This document shows positions 27,356 to 52,679 of a stretch of DNA of 64,000 nt, piece by piece. Both the position numbers and the translations under genes were made by a program. Source of the DNA: Macrostomum lignano. Taxonomy: Eukaryota. Where the stretch lies: positions 124,001-188,000 of the forward strand of contig NIVC01000617.1 in NCBI GenBank assembly GCA_002269645.1. The letters run 5' to 3'. Every line of letters starts with the position of its first letter. The first letter of the stretch is position 1. Below the pieces are notes generated by a model, which saw only the letters and a list, made by a program, of their open reading frames with translations, was not told the origin of the DNA and did no database searches.

Positions 27356-27724
27356 TTAGCCAAACAGGTCCAGTCCCATATCGTCGTCGGATTCGGATTC
27401 GGATTCCGGCTTTTTCTCTTCCTTCTTCTCAGGCGCGGCGGCGGCGGCGCCAGCTCCGGCGCCATCAGCAGCAGCGGCGCCTGCTTCCCCACCGGCGGCG
27501 CCACCGGCGCCAACTCCGGCGCTAAATAGCAACTGCTTAAGGTCCTGCTTCTCTAAAGCTCTGGCAAACATGTTTGGCCAGAATGGCTCTACAAAGTGAA
27601 TATTGGCCGCTTTTAATATGGCGCTAATCTTGTCGGCAGTGACTGGGATGTCATCGTCGGCAAGGATCAAAGCGGCGTAAGTGCAAGCCAGTTCGCTTTG
27701 TCCCTCTTTATCGTCGTGGGCCAT
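27356..27724 (-). CDS. RPLP1: 60S acidic ribosomal protein P1
   Basis: [40 protein letters not shown], Ala/Gly hinge, [12 protein letters not shown] tail. Splice acceptor tttatgcag| at 27751, 26 nt upstream of the ATG. Confidence 0.95.
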   Translation of the reverse strand: MAHDDKEGQSELACTYAALILADDDIPVTADKISAILKAANIHFVEPFWPNMFARALEKQDLKQLLFSAGVGAGGAAGGEAGAAAADGAGAGAAAAAPEKKEEKKPESESESDDDMGLDLFG

Positions 27725-28307
27725 GGCTTATTCAAACGGTGGGTGCTGGTCTGCATAAACGAATGACAGAAGACTGCGTCACTATACTTATAAAGCAGTA
27801 GTACAAAATGGTTTTTTTGTCTATTTAAAATCGACAGAAAGTTGTTGTGCTTAGTAATATCACATGATAGTGCAATAGTTTAAATATAGCAGGAAGAAAG
27901 CTAAAAAACAGCACTGAACCTCAGTGCATACTGCATAGGCTTTTACTTTTTTGTTTTCACAAAAAGCTTGAGCAAGGCTTGAGGCCGCTTGTGGGTAAGG
28001 GCATTTTTTCCTTAAGCCTTAGGCTCCAAAACGCCAAACGGAAATAGGCAAGAAGAATCACGCATTTACAACGTGGAACGCGCGCGCTTGGAAATCTATT
28101 TTTAGCACACACGTGGTTTTCCAAGGCGTGTCAACCAATAAAAAGCCGTCCTACGCCAAGGTCGCGCAAGTGAAATCTTTATTGAACCAAGGGCAAGGCT
28201 GTATTAATATACGTAGAGAAAAGCGAGGACTAAACAGACCCCAGTGCAAAACAGCGGGAAAGCTTACAGTCCGCTCGACACAGCCAAAACAGACTACGGA
28301 CTGCAAA

Positions 28308-29117
28308 ATGCAAGTAAGCAAGACAGTCCTTCGAGGAGGCAAAGCCGCATTATCGGCTCTGTCGACAAGATCGGCAGCTAATGCGGTGCCAAAAATGACA
28401 GCAATCGCATCTGAATGGGAGACTGAGAAAGGCAGCATGGTGTACAAGGATCCCGTTGATGAGCAGGATACCGCTTATATCAAGACGGCTAGCGACAATG
28501 GCCTGATGACAGATCTGCCTCTGCTAACTGAAGAATCGGACTATTTAAGCGAGGCTCATACAGTGGACTACACGTACAAAGGACCGTGCGACAATATGAG
28601 CAGTTTGCAGTTGAATTCTAGCACGCAGCTGCTGTTAGAGAACGCAGGCACCTCTCAGCCAATGAGTGTCCACTATCCAACTGTCGGAGCTTATGTACCA
28701 ACGCCTGCTAATCTAGGGATTCTAGGCGGCACCGGATTAAGTCATATGCACTTCAAAGGAGCTGCCGGAGGTTTGGGAGCCAAATTCGTGGCTAATAGTC
28801 TAATTAAAACGCATCCAAGCCGGCAGTTGTATACATCAGCTGTTGCTAGGCAGCAGGGCATTCAAGATGCTGCACCAACTGTGGACTTGGATCAGCCGCA
28901 GGCGGCCGCAAACACGCAGGGAATCCAAGGCGACACAGATTCTGCTCAAGCCCGACTCTGGGTTAGTCGTTGCCTAGGCGACGGGTTGTACACCGACTGC
29001 GAGCTGCCGCCGGAGACGCCGGGTAAACAGCGTCGGACAATTCAAACGATTTTTGTGCAAATGCTGGCCGACATCAGGGCGGCAGCTGAGGCCCAGCTCA
29101 GATTCAGGTCCAAGTGA
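28308..29117 (+). CDS. Orphan protein (269 aa) with a mitochondrial-presequence-like N-terminus
   Basis: Long GC-elevated ORF in AT-rich flanks. ATG at 28308 follows aaa. MQVSKTVLRGGKAALSALSTRS is R/K/S/A-rich with no acidic residues. No recognised domain. Confidence 0.6.
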   Translation: MQVSKTVLRGGKAALSALSTRSAANAVPKMTAIASEWETEKGSMVYKDPVDEQDTAYIKTASDNGLMTDLPLLTEESDYLSEAHTVDYTYKGPCDNMSSLQLNSSTQLLLENAGTSQPMSVHYPTVGAYVPTPANLGILGGTGLSHMHFKGAAGGLGAKFVANSLIKTHPSRQLYTSAVARQQGIQDAAPTVDLDQPQAAANTQGIQGDTDSAQARLWVSRCLGDGLYTDCELPPETPGKQRRTIQTIFVQMLADIRAAAEAQLRFRSK

Positions 29118-30674
29118 AACTCAACTGAGCCATTGAAATTGTCAATACTTTAAAACTAAACAAACAGTTTGCTGTTTACCTATTAATAATAATAAGTGGT
29201 ACTGGTTTTGGTTTAAAAATTAATTGACAGCATTATAACAAAAGTGATACAGAAGTTGGGCTACAGTTTTCAATTTTAAGTAGTGTTTGTTAGTGATATT
29301 GATTACTCATTACCAACTGTATCCATGGATCAATCAGAATCCTAGTATAAACCAAATTTTCATTTTTGATTTTAAACTGATTTTCTGGCAAAAAATGAAG
29401 AATATGCAGTTTAACCCAATCTAAAACCTATTTAATGGTTAACCCATGCAGTGTCAAATAAATTAATTTAATTTGATGTCAATCATCTACTTTTGTATAC
29501 ATATATTCAAATTTAAATATTTTATTAAATTCAAATTTGCGCCAAAAAGAGAAATTGTAAAACAAATCTCTAAACATTAATAATGACAATATCTAGAATT
29601 TGTGAAGTTAAATCAATTTTAAGCTGAATTGTTGTTTAAAACCAGTTTTCTTTTTGGCATGAATTTGAATTTATTGTTAATAATAGTACTAATAACTACA
29701 AATCCATCTAATAAGTCATGCACTACACTATAGTAGTATAGCTACCCAAGTTTCAATTTTTCCCATATTTTTTCGAGTTTTCTTTTTCAATTTGAAACTT
29801 CGTTCATTTTTTCTAATATCGCTATAATTAATATAATAGTAAATCCTTGGTAAAACAGTTCAACTTTAACGTAATATAAGTAGTAGTAAGGCGATAAATT
29901 ATACGCTAGTATATAAATGTAACATTACGTTGTAAATATAAAGTATAGGCTTAGACAAAAACCTATCTAAGCATAAACAATACGGAAAAAAAGTAATTGA
30001 ATAAAAAACATTTTATTGCTACAGCAGCAATTTACACGTGTATTTTGTTGAACAATTGAAACCATAACCCATTTTTTTTAATCTAGAAGACATTAATAAC
30101 GTTGACAATACGTTTGCGTTAAAGAAATTATCTTTTTTTCAAAGATTACGCTGTTTATATTGAGCTTGAGATAAAGCTACATGGTTTTGCAGACTGTTAT
30201 TGGACTTCGAAGCTTGGAAATGAGTGACTAGATGGTGAGCAGAGCCAGCCCAGCTGTGCATTTCTCACCAAGTCACGAGAACAAGTTAATCACGACGAAA
30301 CCGCGTGCTATTATTTCATTTTGTACATTCACTAACAGCGTCAGCTAACAGTTGCTAAAAATAGATTTTGCTGTGCGATAAGGCAAACCGCTTAATAAAT
30401 AGACCTAAATGTATACATACTTATGTACACCAGGACATGATCTGTAGATATTAGTATACTGCTCATTCCTAGAATGAAAAATTGCCGAGAAACGATAAAT
30501 ATAAGTGTTAATCAATGTGAAACGCAAACACAAACTACTCGGCAATCATTGAAAAGGCGCCAACCTTTATCGCAAAACTGAGCAATTTTACTATACTTAT
30601 ATAGGAAGCAGTGATAAACTTTCAACAAAATGAGTTTTAATAACGTTTTTCTAAAATGCGAATCGGCCCCGGGG

Positions 30675-32280
30675 ATCTTGGCTGGCAGGCTGGCCCAGCA
30701 ACTGAGGATCTGGGAGGCTGGCCCAGCAACTGAGGATCTGGGAGGCTGGCCCAGCAACTGACACTCTGGGAGGCTGGCCCAGCAACTGACACTCTGGGAG
30801 GCTGGCCCTGCAACTACTGAGGATCTGGGAGGCTGGCCCAGCAACTGAGGATCTGGGAGGCTGGCCCAGCAACTGACACTCTGGGAGGCTGGCCCAGAAA
30901 CTGAGGATCTGGGAGGCTGGCCCATCAACTGAGGATCTGGGAGGCTGGCCCAGCAACTGACACTCTGGGAGGCTGGCCCAGCAACTGAGGACCTGGGAGG
31001 CTGGCCCAGCAACTGAGGATCTGGGAGGCTGGCCCAGCAACTGAGAATCTGGGAGGCTGGCCCAGCAACTGAGGATCTGTGATCTGGGAGGCTGGCCCTG
31101 CAACTACTGAGGATCTGGGAGGCTGGCCCAGCAACTGAGGATCTGGGAGGCTGGCCCAGCAACTGAGGATCTGGGAGGCTGGCCCAGCAACTGACACTCT
31201 GGGAGGCTGGCCCAGCAACTGACACTCTGGGAGGCTGGCCCTGCAACTACTGAGGATCTGGGAGGCTGGCCCAGCAACTGAGGATCTGGGAGGCTGGCCC
31301 AGCAACTGACACTCTGGGAGGCTGGCCCAGAAACTGAGGATCTGGGAGGCTGGCCCATCAACTGAGGATCTGGGAGGCTGGCCCAGCAACTGACACTCTG
31401 GGAGGCTGGCCCAGCAACTGAGGACCTGGGAGGCTGGCCCAGCAACTGAGGATCTGGGAGGCTGGCCCAGCAACTGAGAATCTGGGAGGCTGGCCCAGCA
31501 ACTGAGGATCTGTGATCTGGGAGGCTGGCCCTGCAACTACTGAGGATCTGGGAGGCTGGCCCAGCAACTGAGGATCTGGGAGGCTGGCCCAGCAACTGAG
31601 GATCTGGGAGGCTGGCCCAGCTACTGAGAATCTGGGAGGCTGGTCCAGCTACTGAGGATCTGGGAGGCTGTGGCCAGCAACTGAGGATCTAGGAGGCTGG
31701 TCCAGCTACTGAGGATCTGGGAGGCTGGCCCAGCAACTGAGGATCTGGGAGGCTTGTCCAGGAATTGAGGATCTGGGAAGCTGGCGCAGCAACTGAGGAT
31801 CTGGGAGGCTGGCCCAGCAACTGAGGATCTGGGAGGCTGGCCCAGCTACTGAGAATCTGGGAGGCTGGTCCAGCTACTGAGGATCTGGGAGGCTGTGGCC
31901 AGCAACTGAGGATCTAGGAGGCTGGTCCAGCTACTGAGGATCTGGGAGGCTGGCCCAGCAACTGAGGATCTGGGAGGCTTGTCCAGGAATTGAGGATCTG
32001 GGAAGCTGGCGCAGCAACTGAGGATCTGGGAGGCTGGCCCAGCAACTGAGGATCTGGGAGGCTGGCCCAGCTACTGAGAATCTGGGAGGCTGGTCCAGCT
32101 ACTGAGGATCTGGGAGGCTGTGGCCAGCAACTGAGGATCTGGGAGGCTGGTCCAGCTACTGAGGATCTGGGAGGCTGGCCCAGCAACTGAGGATCTGGGA
32201 GGCCTTGTCCAGGAATTGAGGATCTGGGAAGCTGGCGCAGCAACTGAGGATCTGGGAGGCTGGCCCACCAACTGAGGATG
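30675..32280. repeat. 28-bp minisatellite (gaggatctgggaggctggcccagcaact) with duplicated blocks
   Basis: About 55 copies; explains several overlapping repetitive ORFs. Confidence 0.95.
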
Positions 32281-32362
32281 TGGAATATTTTAACAGATCA
32301 CCAAATATCCCTAAGAAAACAAGGATGAGTTGTCCCCATTAATGAGTTTATTTATAAGTGCC

Positions 32363-42699
<10,337 letters not shown>

Positions 42700-43844
42700 G
42701 CTCTTGTTGTTGGTTTAAACATGTAAATTCATCGAAGCGACTGCATTTCTGATTGTAGTAGGCCTATGACTACTTGTCCAGTGCTGTAGACTGAAGTTTG
42801 AATGGGTTATTGTTAAATTTATAAATATTCAGAGTCTATAATTGACACTTTTCAAAGCTTCCATCAATTCTCAAACATGAGAAATCTGTAAACATGGAGT
42901 CTGTAGAATTCTGTAATTTCTATGGATCAGGGAGGCTCTGCAATATAAAGATAGGGAAGAAATATGGTGTTAACTATTTAATAATTTGATTTCTGATATC
43001 AGCTGGCATCTTGAATTTGGACCCAAAATTCCAAATGACAAAGTGATTATAATGCTTAAAAAACCAGTTGCATAGTTAGAGCACCTAAGCACTACATTGG
43101 AATATACGGATGCACAACCGAGCCAATAGACTAAGTGCAATAAAGGTTTTTATCCTTGAAGGCTACCCACCTAGCTGCATATTAAACAAATACTATATGT
43201 AACAACCAACATAGTGCTGGCCAACCTGCTTTTTGGCCAATTGCTAAATACAAATATGGATTTTTTTACTATACTAAAAATGAAATGTCTGTATCTAGCT
43301 ATGCAATAGATTTCAGAAAAATGGCTCAACCGATTTTCTTCAAACTTGCACCATTTGATCAGAAATTTTCCTGGGACGGTACATGCATCTTGGCTAAGAA
43401 ATTACTCAATGTTAAAGGGATTAAATATTTGAAAAACATGCTTTTTTGCAAAGGTCAAGCAAAATTTTCCACTTGAAATGCATTGTAAGAATGCTAGAGA
43501 AAAAACTGACTGACTAAATTTTGATTCTGATAAAGATTACATTACAACAAGTTGAAAACAGTGTCAAAGAAATGCGCACAAGACTTGATTAAAATTGCAT
43601 AACCATATTGCTAACTTAAATTGGGACTGATACTGGCTGACTAAGACATTGATTATGTCATAACTTTTTACTATAACTGACTTGCTATAATAATTAAATT
43701 ATAAGGGCCACAATTCAAGTTCTCCAATTGAAAAGAGATAGCCAAGATGCGAATAGACTGGACTGCTAATTTAGCGACCTGGGTTCAAATCTTAGTAGTG
43801 CAAAATATTTTTTTATTAAAACACCTTAAAAACACAAAATGCTA

Positions 43845-46110
43845 AACATTAAAGAGCCACCATGTCAAACATTATAGAGCCACCATATCAAACATTATAG
43901 AGCCATTATGTCAAACATTAAGGAGCTACCATGTCAAACATTAAGGAGCCACCATGTTAAACATTAAAGAGCCACAATGTTGAACATTAAAGAGCCACAA
44001 TGTTGAACATTAAAGAGCCACAATGTTGAACATTAAAGATCCACAATGTTGAACATAAAAGAGCCACCATGTTGAACATAAAAGAGCCCCCATGTCAAAC
44101 ATGGGTCTATGAAATTTGCTTGCGAGAAGTTTGCTTGCCGAAGTCTGCTTGCCGAATTTTGCTTGCGGAATTTTGCTTGCTGAAATCTGCTTGCCAAACT
44201 TTGCTTGCGGAATTTTGCCTGCCGAAGTTTGCTTGCCAAGCTTTGCTTGCCGAATTTTGCTTGCAGGAAATTTGCTTGCTGCACATAAGCTTGCCGAAGT
44301 TTGCTTGCAGGAAATTTGCTTGCAGGAAATTTTCTTGCAAGGTTTGCCAGCCAAAGTTTTGCGGAACCTTAAAGAACCTATTTTTGAGCTCTTGTATTTC
44401 TAATTTTCATTTTCTAAGATTTGTGGAAGTCGCCTATAGTGTTATGATTTTGTATGAGGATATGGCGGATTATTAATTACATTTTATATACTAAAATATT
44501 ATTAGTATATGCATTATTATACATTAGCATCACTGCAATTATCATACCTGCTCAATCATGCTGAAATCAGGAACTACAAAGATTTATACTGTCACCGATC
44601 CCTATCTACCTATACTAAATCTCTAAGCATTCTATATACTACATTCTTAGAATGAAACTCTATAAGCCTAGTTTGAAAGCTTAGTGTCAAGTCAGTTTAC
44701 GTCGACCCTGATAAGAATCCACTTGCAAAGCATCTATAGTAAGTAATAATTGACTGACCAACTTTACAAGCAATCAAAACAAGCAAGCAAACAAGAAAAT
44801 AATTCTGCAAGTTAAAACCTTGCAATTGTGTGATTGCAAATTTCTAGAAAGCAGACATCAAAATTTGCAAGCAAAGTTTGGCAAGCAAAATTCCTGCAAG
44901 CTAAGCTCGGCAAGCAAACTTCGGCAGGCAAAGTTCCTGCAAGCAAAGTTCGGCAAGCAAAGTTCGGCAAGCAAACTTTGGCAAGCAAAGTTTGGCAAGC
45001 AAAATTCCGCAAGCAAAGCTTGGCAAGCAAAGTTTGGCAAGCAAAATTCCTGCAAGCAAACTTCCCACAAGCAAACGTTGTACTCCTGTCAAACATATAT
45101 GTGACTCCATGTCAACATTAAAGAACCACCATGTCAAACATTAAAGAGCCACTATGTCAAATATAAAAGAGCCACCTTGTCAAACATATGCATGACTCCA
45201 CGTCAAACATTAAAGAGCCACCATGTCAAACATAAAAGAGCCACCATGTCAAACATTAAAGAGCCACCATGTTGATCATTAAAGAGCTACCATGTCAAAC
45301 TTGTATGTGACTCCATGTCAAACATTAAAGGCCACCATGTCAAACATTTTAGAGCCACCATGTTGAACATTAAAGAGCCACCATGTCAATCATTAAAGAG
45401 CCACCATGTTAAACATTAAAGAGCTACCATGTCAAACATATATGTGACTCCACATACATGCGCAACAGTCGGCCGAGTCGGCCGATCCGGCCGACCGATT
45501 TGGCGGCCAATCAAGGAAGTCGCAAAAATGCCCACCCAAAAAATAACCTGAAGAGTAGTACTAAGTAGCTGACGAGGCATTTTAGCTTAATAAAACAGTC
45601 ATAGTTACTCCTGCCGTTTACCCAAAGTTGCGTTAATTTTGCTTTCGGGTTTTTTTATATGTAAGTCGCATTTTTGGCCAAAAACTACGTCGCATTTTTG
45701 TTAAAACTAAGTCGCACGGCTGACCGAATTTTGGAGGTTGCACATGTATGTGACTCCATGTCAAATATTAAAGAGCCACCATGTCAAACATTAAAGAGCC
45801 ACCATGTCAAACATTCAAGATACACTATGTCAAACATTAAAGAGCCACCATGTCAAACATTAAAGAGCTATCATGTCAAACACAAGAGGGCCACCATGTC
45901 AAACATAGAAAAGACACCATATTAAACATAGAAGAGCCACAATGTCAAACATTAAAGAGCTACTATTTCAAACATAAAAGAGACACCATTTCAAACATTA
46001 AAGAGCCACCATTTCAAATATAAAAGAGACACCATTTCAAATATAAAAGAGACACCATTTCAAATATAAAAGAGACACCATTTCAATTCAAACATAAAAA
46101 AGCTTGTCAT
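43845..46110. repeat. Composite repeat region: 23-bp arrays (aaacattaaagagccaccatgtc) and 15-bp arrays (aagtttgcttgccga), the latter in both orientations
   Basis: 23-mers at 43845-44100, 45110-45450 and 45750-46110; 15-mers forward at 44110-44360 and inverted at 44870-45070. Confidence 0.85.
45453..45750. mobile_element. MITE with 14-bp TIR CATACATGCGCAAC and 8-bp TSD tgactcca
   Basis: TSD at 45445-45452 and 45751-45758; right end GTTGCACATGTATG has 1 mismatch; repeated subterminal aagtcgca motifs. Confidence 0.82.
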
Positions 46111-46475
46111 GCCAAACAAAATAGAGCCACTATAAAGCTAAAGAAATTGTTGCACTAGCTACTTGTTCTCTAGTGGATGCTTGGTGCTTGCTATTAGCGG
46201 GGATGCTTGCTATCTAAGGGATGCTTGCTATCAAAGGGATGCTTGCTATCTGAGGGATGCTTGCTATTGGGGGATGCTTACTATTTGGGGGTTGCTTGCA
46301 GCCTGGGGGATACTTGCTATTTGGGGATTGATACTTGAATGCTTGCTGTCTAGGGATGTTTTGTTTTTAGAGGGAATGTCTGTTTTTTTTTATGAAGGCT
46401 TTATTTTGTTGTCTATTTGTTATAGCAAAAAACAAGGATTCTATCCAGATGTCCCCCATCGGGGGACGAAGATTG

Positions 46476-47094
46476 CTAGTCATTATTACCCCTATAGGAA
46501 AAAGTTGTAAAACCGCGGACGGTGTCCGGCGCACTTTTGAAATTTTTCTAAAGCGCAGCGCGCGCACAGGTGCATCGCCTGCGCGCGCGCTGCCCTTTCT
46601 TACTGGCTGCTGCTCTAGCAAATACATATACATAGAAATGGGTATAATACCTCTGTTGAAGGGGCTTATACACTCGTAATTTATTAAGCTTAGAGATATT
46701 CCGAAAATTCAATTTCAATTTTCCAAAATTTGAAATTTTTTAGAGCGAATTTCAATTTCGAAAAAAATTTAAAAAGTGAAAATTTTGGTAGTGTCTAAAA
46801 AGTTGCTAAAAATAAACTACTTTCTACTACATATACATGTATTACTTCTTGCTTAAGCAGTAAATTGAAAGTAGAAAAGTGAGTGTTGATCATACTAAAC
46901 TTTGTTTTTCTAAATTATGATTTCAGGAAATTTCAATTTTGATTTTGGAAAGTTAGCGAATTTTGATTTCGACGAAACTGCAAATCTTTCGGAACATCTC
47001 TAATAATCCTAAAGCGCGGTAAAATAGTTTGACTCTTTTCTAAAGCGCGCGTCCGCGGGTTTTTAACATTTATTCCAATAGGGATTATTACTAG
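46476..47094. mobile_element. MITE-like element with imperfect TIRs of about 45 bp and a nested inner inverted repeat (46691-47002)
   Basis: ctagt..ccctataggaa...aaccgcggacg versus cgtccgcggg...ttccaataggg..actag; inner tagagatattccgaaa versus tttcggaacatctcta. Confidence 0.55.
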
Positions 47095-49130
47095 GCCTAA
47101 CAATAAGAAACAAGTATGCTATATAAAATATAATAGGTTATATCGACTGACGACCACAACCACTAAACTAGCCATTTGATTTTGGTAGATATATCTAAAG
47201 AGTAAAGAGCTGCCATCTAATGTCTCATAACTTCTAAGGACTTTCACAAAAATAAAGAGCTACTTGCACTTTGGTTTTGAAAGCAAAATATAATATATGC
47301 ATTATAAGTAGTTTTTTTCAAGAAGAGCTAGCAACTTTCTATAAAAGAAGATATTTGTAAGGTTATTGTCAAAGTTTAAGAAGCTTTTGACTAAAAACCC
47401 AGATAGTTAAATAGTATATTTGTATAAATATTTAACATACTTGGTGAATCTAAAATAAGGCTTATTTAATCTAATGCCATTATTGTTATTGAGCACAGAA
47501 GTGTATGCTAGCTTTTCTGCCAAGCTTTGCCATACACAGCTCCCATAGACAATCTTTTGCTAGTGTACACTTCTGTGCTCAATAACTCACCTCTGGAGCA
47601 ATTTTTTGCAACCAAATGTTTGTGGGAAAAACTTACAAACGTTTACTATGTACCTGTTAAATTACTGTGCTATAGGCCTAACTGCTCACTCACAGTGAGC
47701 ACACAAAGTGTTACCTTTTTTTGGGACACCCATTATAGAACTAAAATTTATCTTCTCCTACTAAACAAAAGCTTTTTATAGAGTAAAAATTATATTGCAT
47801 GATTAATTTAAGATATAATTCAATCGAATTTTAGAAACATAAAGTGACCACTTGGAAAACCAAAGATTAAAGTAGTAAGAGAATTTGGCTCAGGCAATTA
47901 GCCTGTTTGGCCAATATATTATAGAGCTATGTATTTGGAATTTTCGAATATAGAAGTTTATAAAGACGATTTGACGACGATTTGCTGAGTTATTGTAAAA
48001 GATAAAGTATTTGAAAGCGCGCCAGAATTTTTACGGTATTTTTAGACGAAAAGTGACAACGAGTATAAATATTAATACAAAAATGAGTACAAATTACGAG
48101 GTATAGCTTTAATTGCGAGATTACTTTGGTAAGCGAGTTTGTAAAAAAAAAAAAGATGTAGTATTTTTGAAAGCGCGTGATATTTCAAAGCGTGAAAAAC
48201 GAACATAAACAATACTTCGAAAGAATTTTACGTTTAACGAATAACGACGATTTAAATATAGGAAATTAAAAAAGACAGTAAATGAATAAACAACTGAAAA
48301 GCGGATTTGTTACACTGCTGATGTATCTGATTCAGTTTGTTTAACTGTTTTAGCTATTCATGACTTCATATATTTTAGCTACACCAGTGAGCTCTTTTCT
48401 GACTCTTTTTTCATTTGTAGCATATCCTATCTTGTGTATTTGATTGCTATTTAAGAGGTATTGACAGAAGTATTTTTTCCTGATCTCTTCAGTTTGTGGA
48501 CATTCGGTCAAGTCGGTTTGTGGACATTTGTGGACATTAAAGGTAGACTAGTTTTTTATTTCAAATCCAAGTATTGTAAAAAAGATTTTTAATTTTTTAT
48601 GTTGGTATTTATTATATTGTTAGTGTCATTGTTATATTATACATATTATTATGTAATAAATAGCTGTTTAAGCGTCAGTTTAGCCTGTATCCACCACGTG
48701 ACATGTTGCATCAGTCGTACGTGCATGATGGCTTGTATGCAGCATGCATGCATGTGATAAATAATACAAAATTTAAATGACCCGCCCGCATTCGAACTCT
48801 AACAACACCAACTCCAAATCTCCAAATTCGTAAAAAGATAAACAAATTTTCAAATCCTACAAAATCTAGTCGTATGTCTAAAACTGGGATAATCAGATTT
48901 TAAAAAAATAACTTTTTTTTTTAAAAATTTTTTTAAATCAGATTCAGATTCAGATTCAGATTTTAAATTCAGATTTAAAAAAAAAATAACAACTGTTTTC
49001 TACACATTCTTGTGACTTTTCAGTCACATTCATTCATCCATCTTGTTGCTATTGATCTTCAGTTTAAAATAGACGATATAAATTCAACAATTTCCGCACA
49101 TTTAAAGACTCTATTAAAATGTTTGAAGAC

Positions 49131-49490
49131 CTGGTCTGCACTCAAAACTGAAAACTAATTTGGAGTTGAAGTGAAAATCAAAAATAACAAAATAAATCTA
49201 CATTTCTGTGCAGTTTCTGCAAGATTCATTCAACCAACTCGGAGTTATTGACCTCTAGTTTGAAAAGGACGTTTTAAATGCATACATTTTAGTGCATTTA
49301 CAGTATGACACCAAAAGTTTGAAAATCTGGTCTGCACTCAAAACTGAAAACTAATTTGGAGTTGAAGTGAAAATCAAAAATAACAAAATAAATCTACATT
49401 TCTGTGCAATTTCTGCAAGATTCATGCATCCAACTCGGAGTTATTGACCTCTAGCTTGAAATGGACGTTTTAAATGCATGCGTTTTAGTG
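49131..49490. repeat. Tandem duplication of about 197 bp
   Basis: ctggtctgcactcaaaactgaaaac... starts at about 49131 and again at about 49328. Confidence 0.85.
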
Positions 49491-49499
49491 TAATTCATT

Positions 49500-51554
<2,055 letters not shown>

Positions 51555-52679
51555 CTTTTAATTCTATCTATCATAAATCTATCATCTGCATGTATATATT
51601 GTAAACTCTACCCAAATGTGTACGTATTTACGAGCTTACTCAGATGCCCTGACGCCAAGGCCAATCATGGTTTTCGAGGCAGTAAGCTATTAACACCAGA
51701 TGTAAAATGTCTGCTCATTTTCGTTTAAATTCATGAAAAAGCATTCAAAGCTGCTTCAACGCATGTCTAGCCCCAAATTCAAGCGGTTCTCCATAAATGC
51801 CATGCAGCAAAGTTTTTTTCATGAAAACCTTGCTACTGCAGTATAGCGTCTCTTTAATTTTGCCTCACATTTAACAAAATTAGCTGAGAAAGCAGTATGG
51901 GCACCCTACATGTACATGTACTCGAGGGTGAAATCTTGTGTGGTAGTGGCTTGCTTTCTGGCACTTGTTATAATTGCTCCAAGTTTCACGGGTGAGTGAT
52001 CTTTCCTTTTCTGTCCACATCTTAACTAATGAAAATAGTCAAATTGTAGATGGATCGAGTAGCCCGTGTAATTTAAACTATGTTTAGATTTTAGCATGAG
52101 TCAAACATTAGGACTCTGTTCACTGGCTGACATTCGTTCGTTCAGCTAGTTTTTTTATTTTGTATCTGCTGTGCCGATTTTTGTTAAATATTCAACCAGT
52201 TTTGTATCGTGCAGGCGCAAAAAACAATACACATACTCGCGCAGACTACTAACCCTGATGCTTAAAATGTTTTTTAACTTTTTTCTTTTTAATATAATGT
52301 TACCTTTCGAGACTCGATTACTTAATCTGTACTTTAAAACACGTTACTATTTATATTCTAGCCATTTCTTACTTTAAAATTTTTATTGGAAATAGATAAA
52401 AGAAATGTATTTATTTGCTCTCGTAGAACATTTTTAATTGAGTTAATTCTCAAATTTACAATTTAAAAATCAACAATTTTTAATGTCGATTTATTGTTAT
52501 AATTAGTATTGACTAGAAAGGAATCGTCCAACTTGTATTCATCGATTAGTTAGGAAATTAAAAAAGTGATAAAATTCGAAATCGACGAATTAATTAAGCT
52601 TTAAATTACTGACTTGCACTTTAAAACAACGGTTTTTTTAATCGGTCTGAATCTATATTAGCTATACATGTAGATCAGA

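Noticed and set aside
45555-45600. Hammerhead-like CTGAxGA motifs (also near 58260 and 60412)
   Set aside because: No correctly placed GAAA or three-stem architecture could be built by eye.
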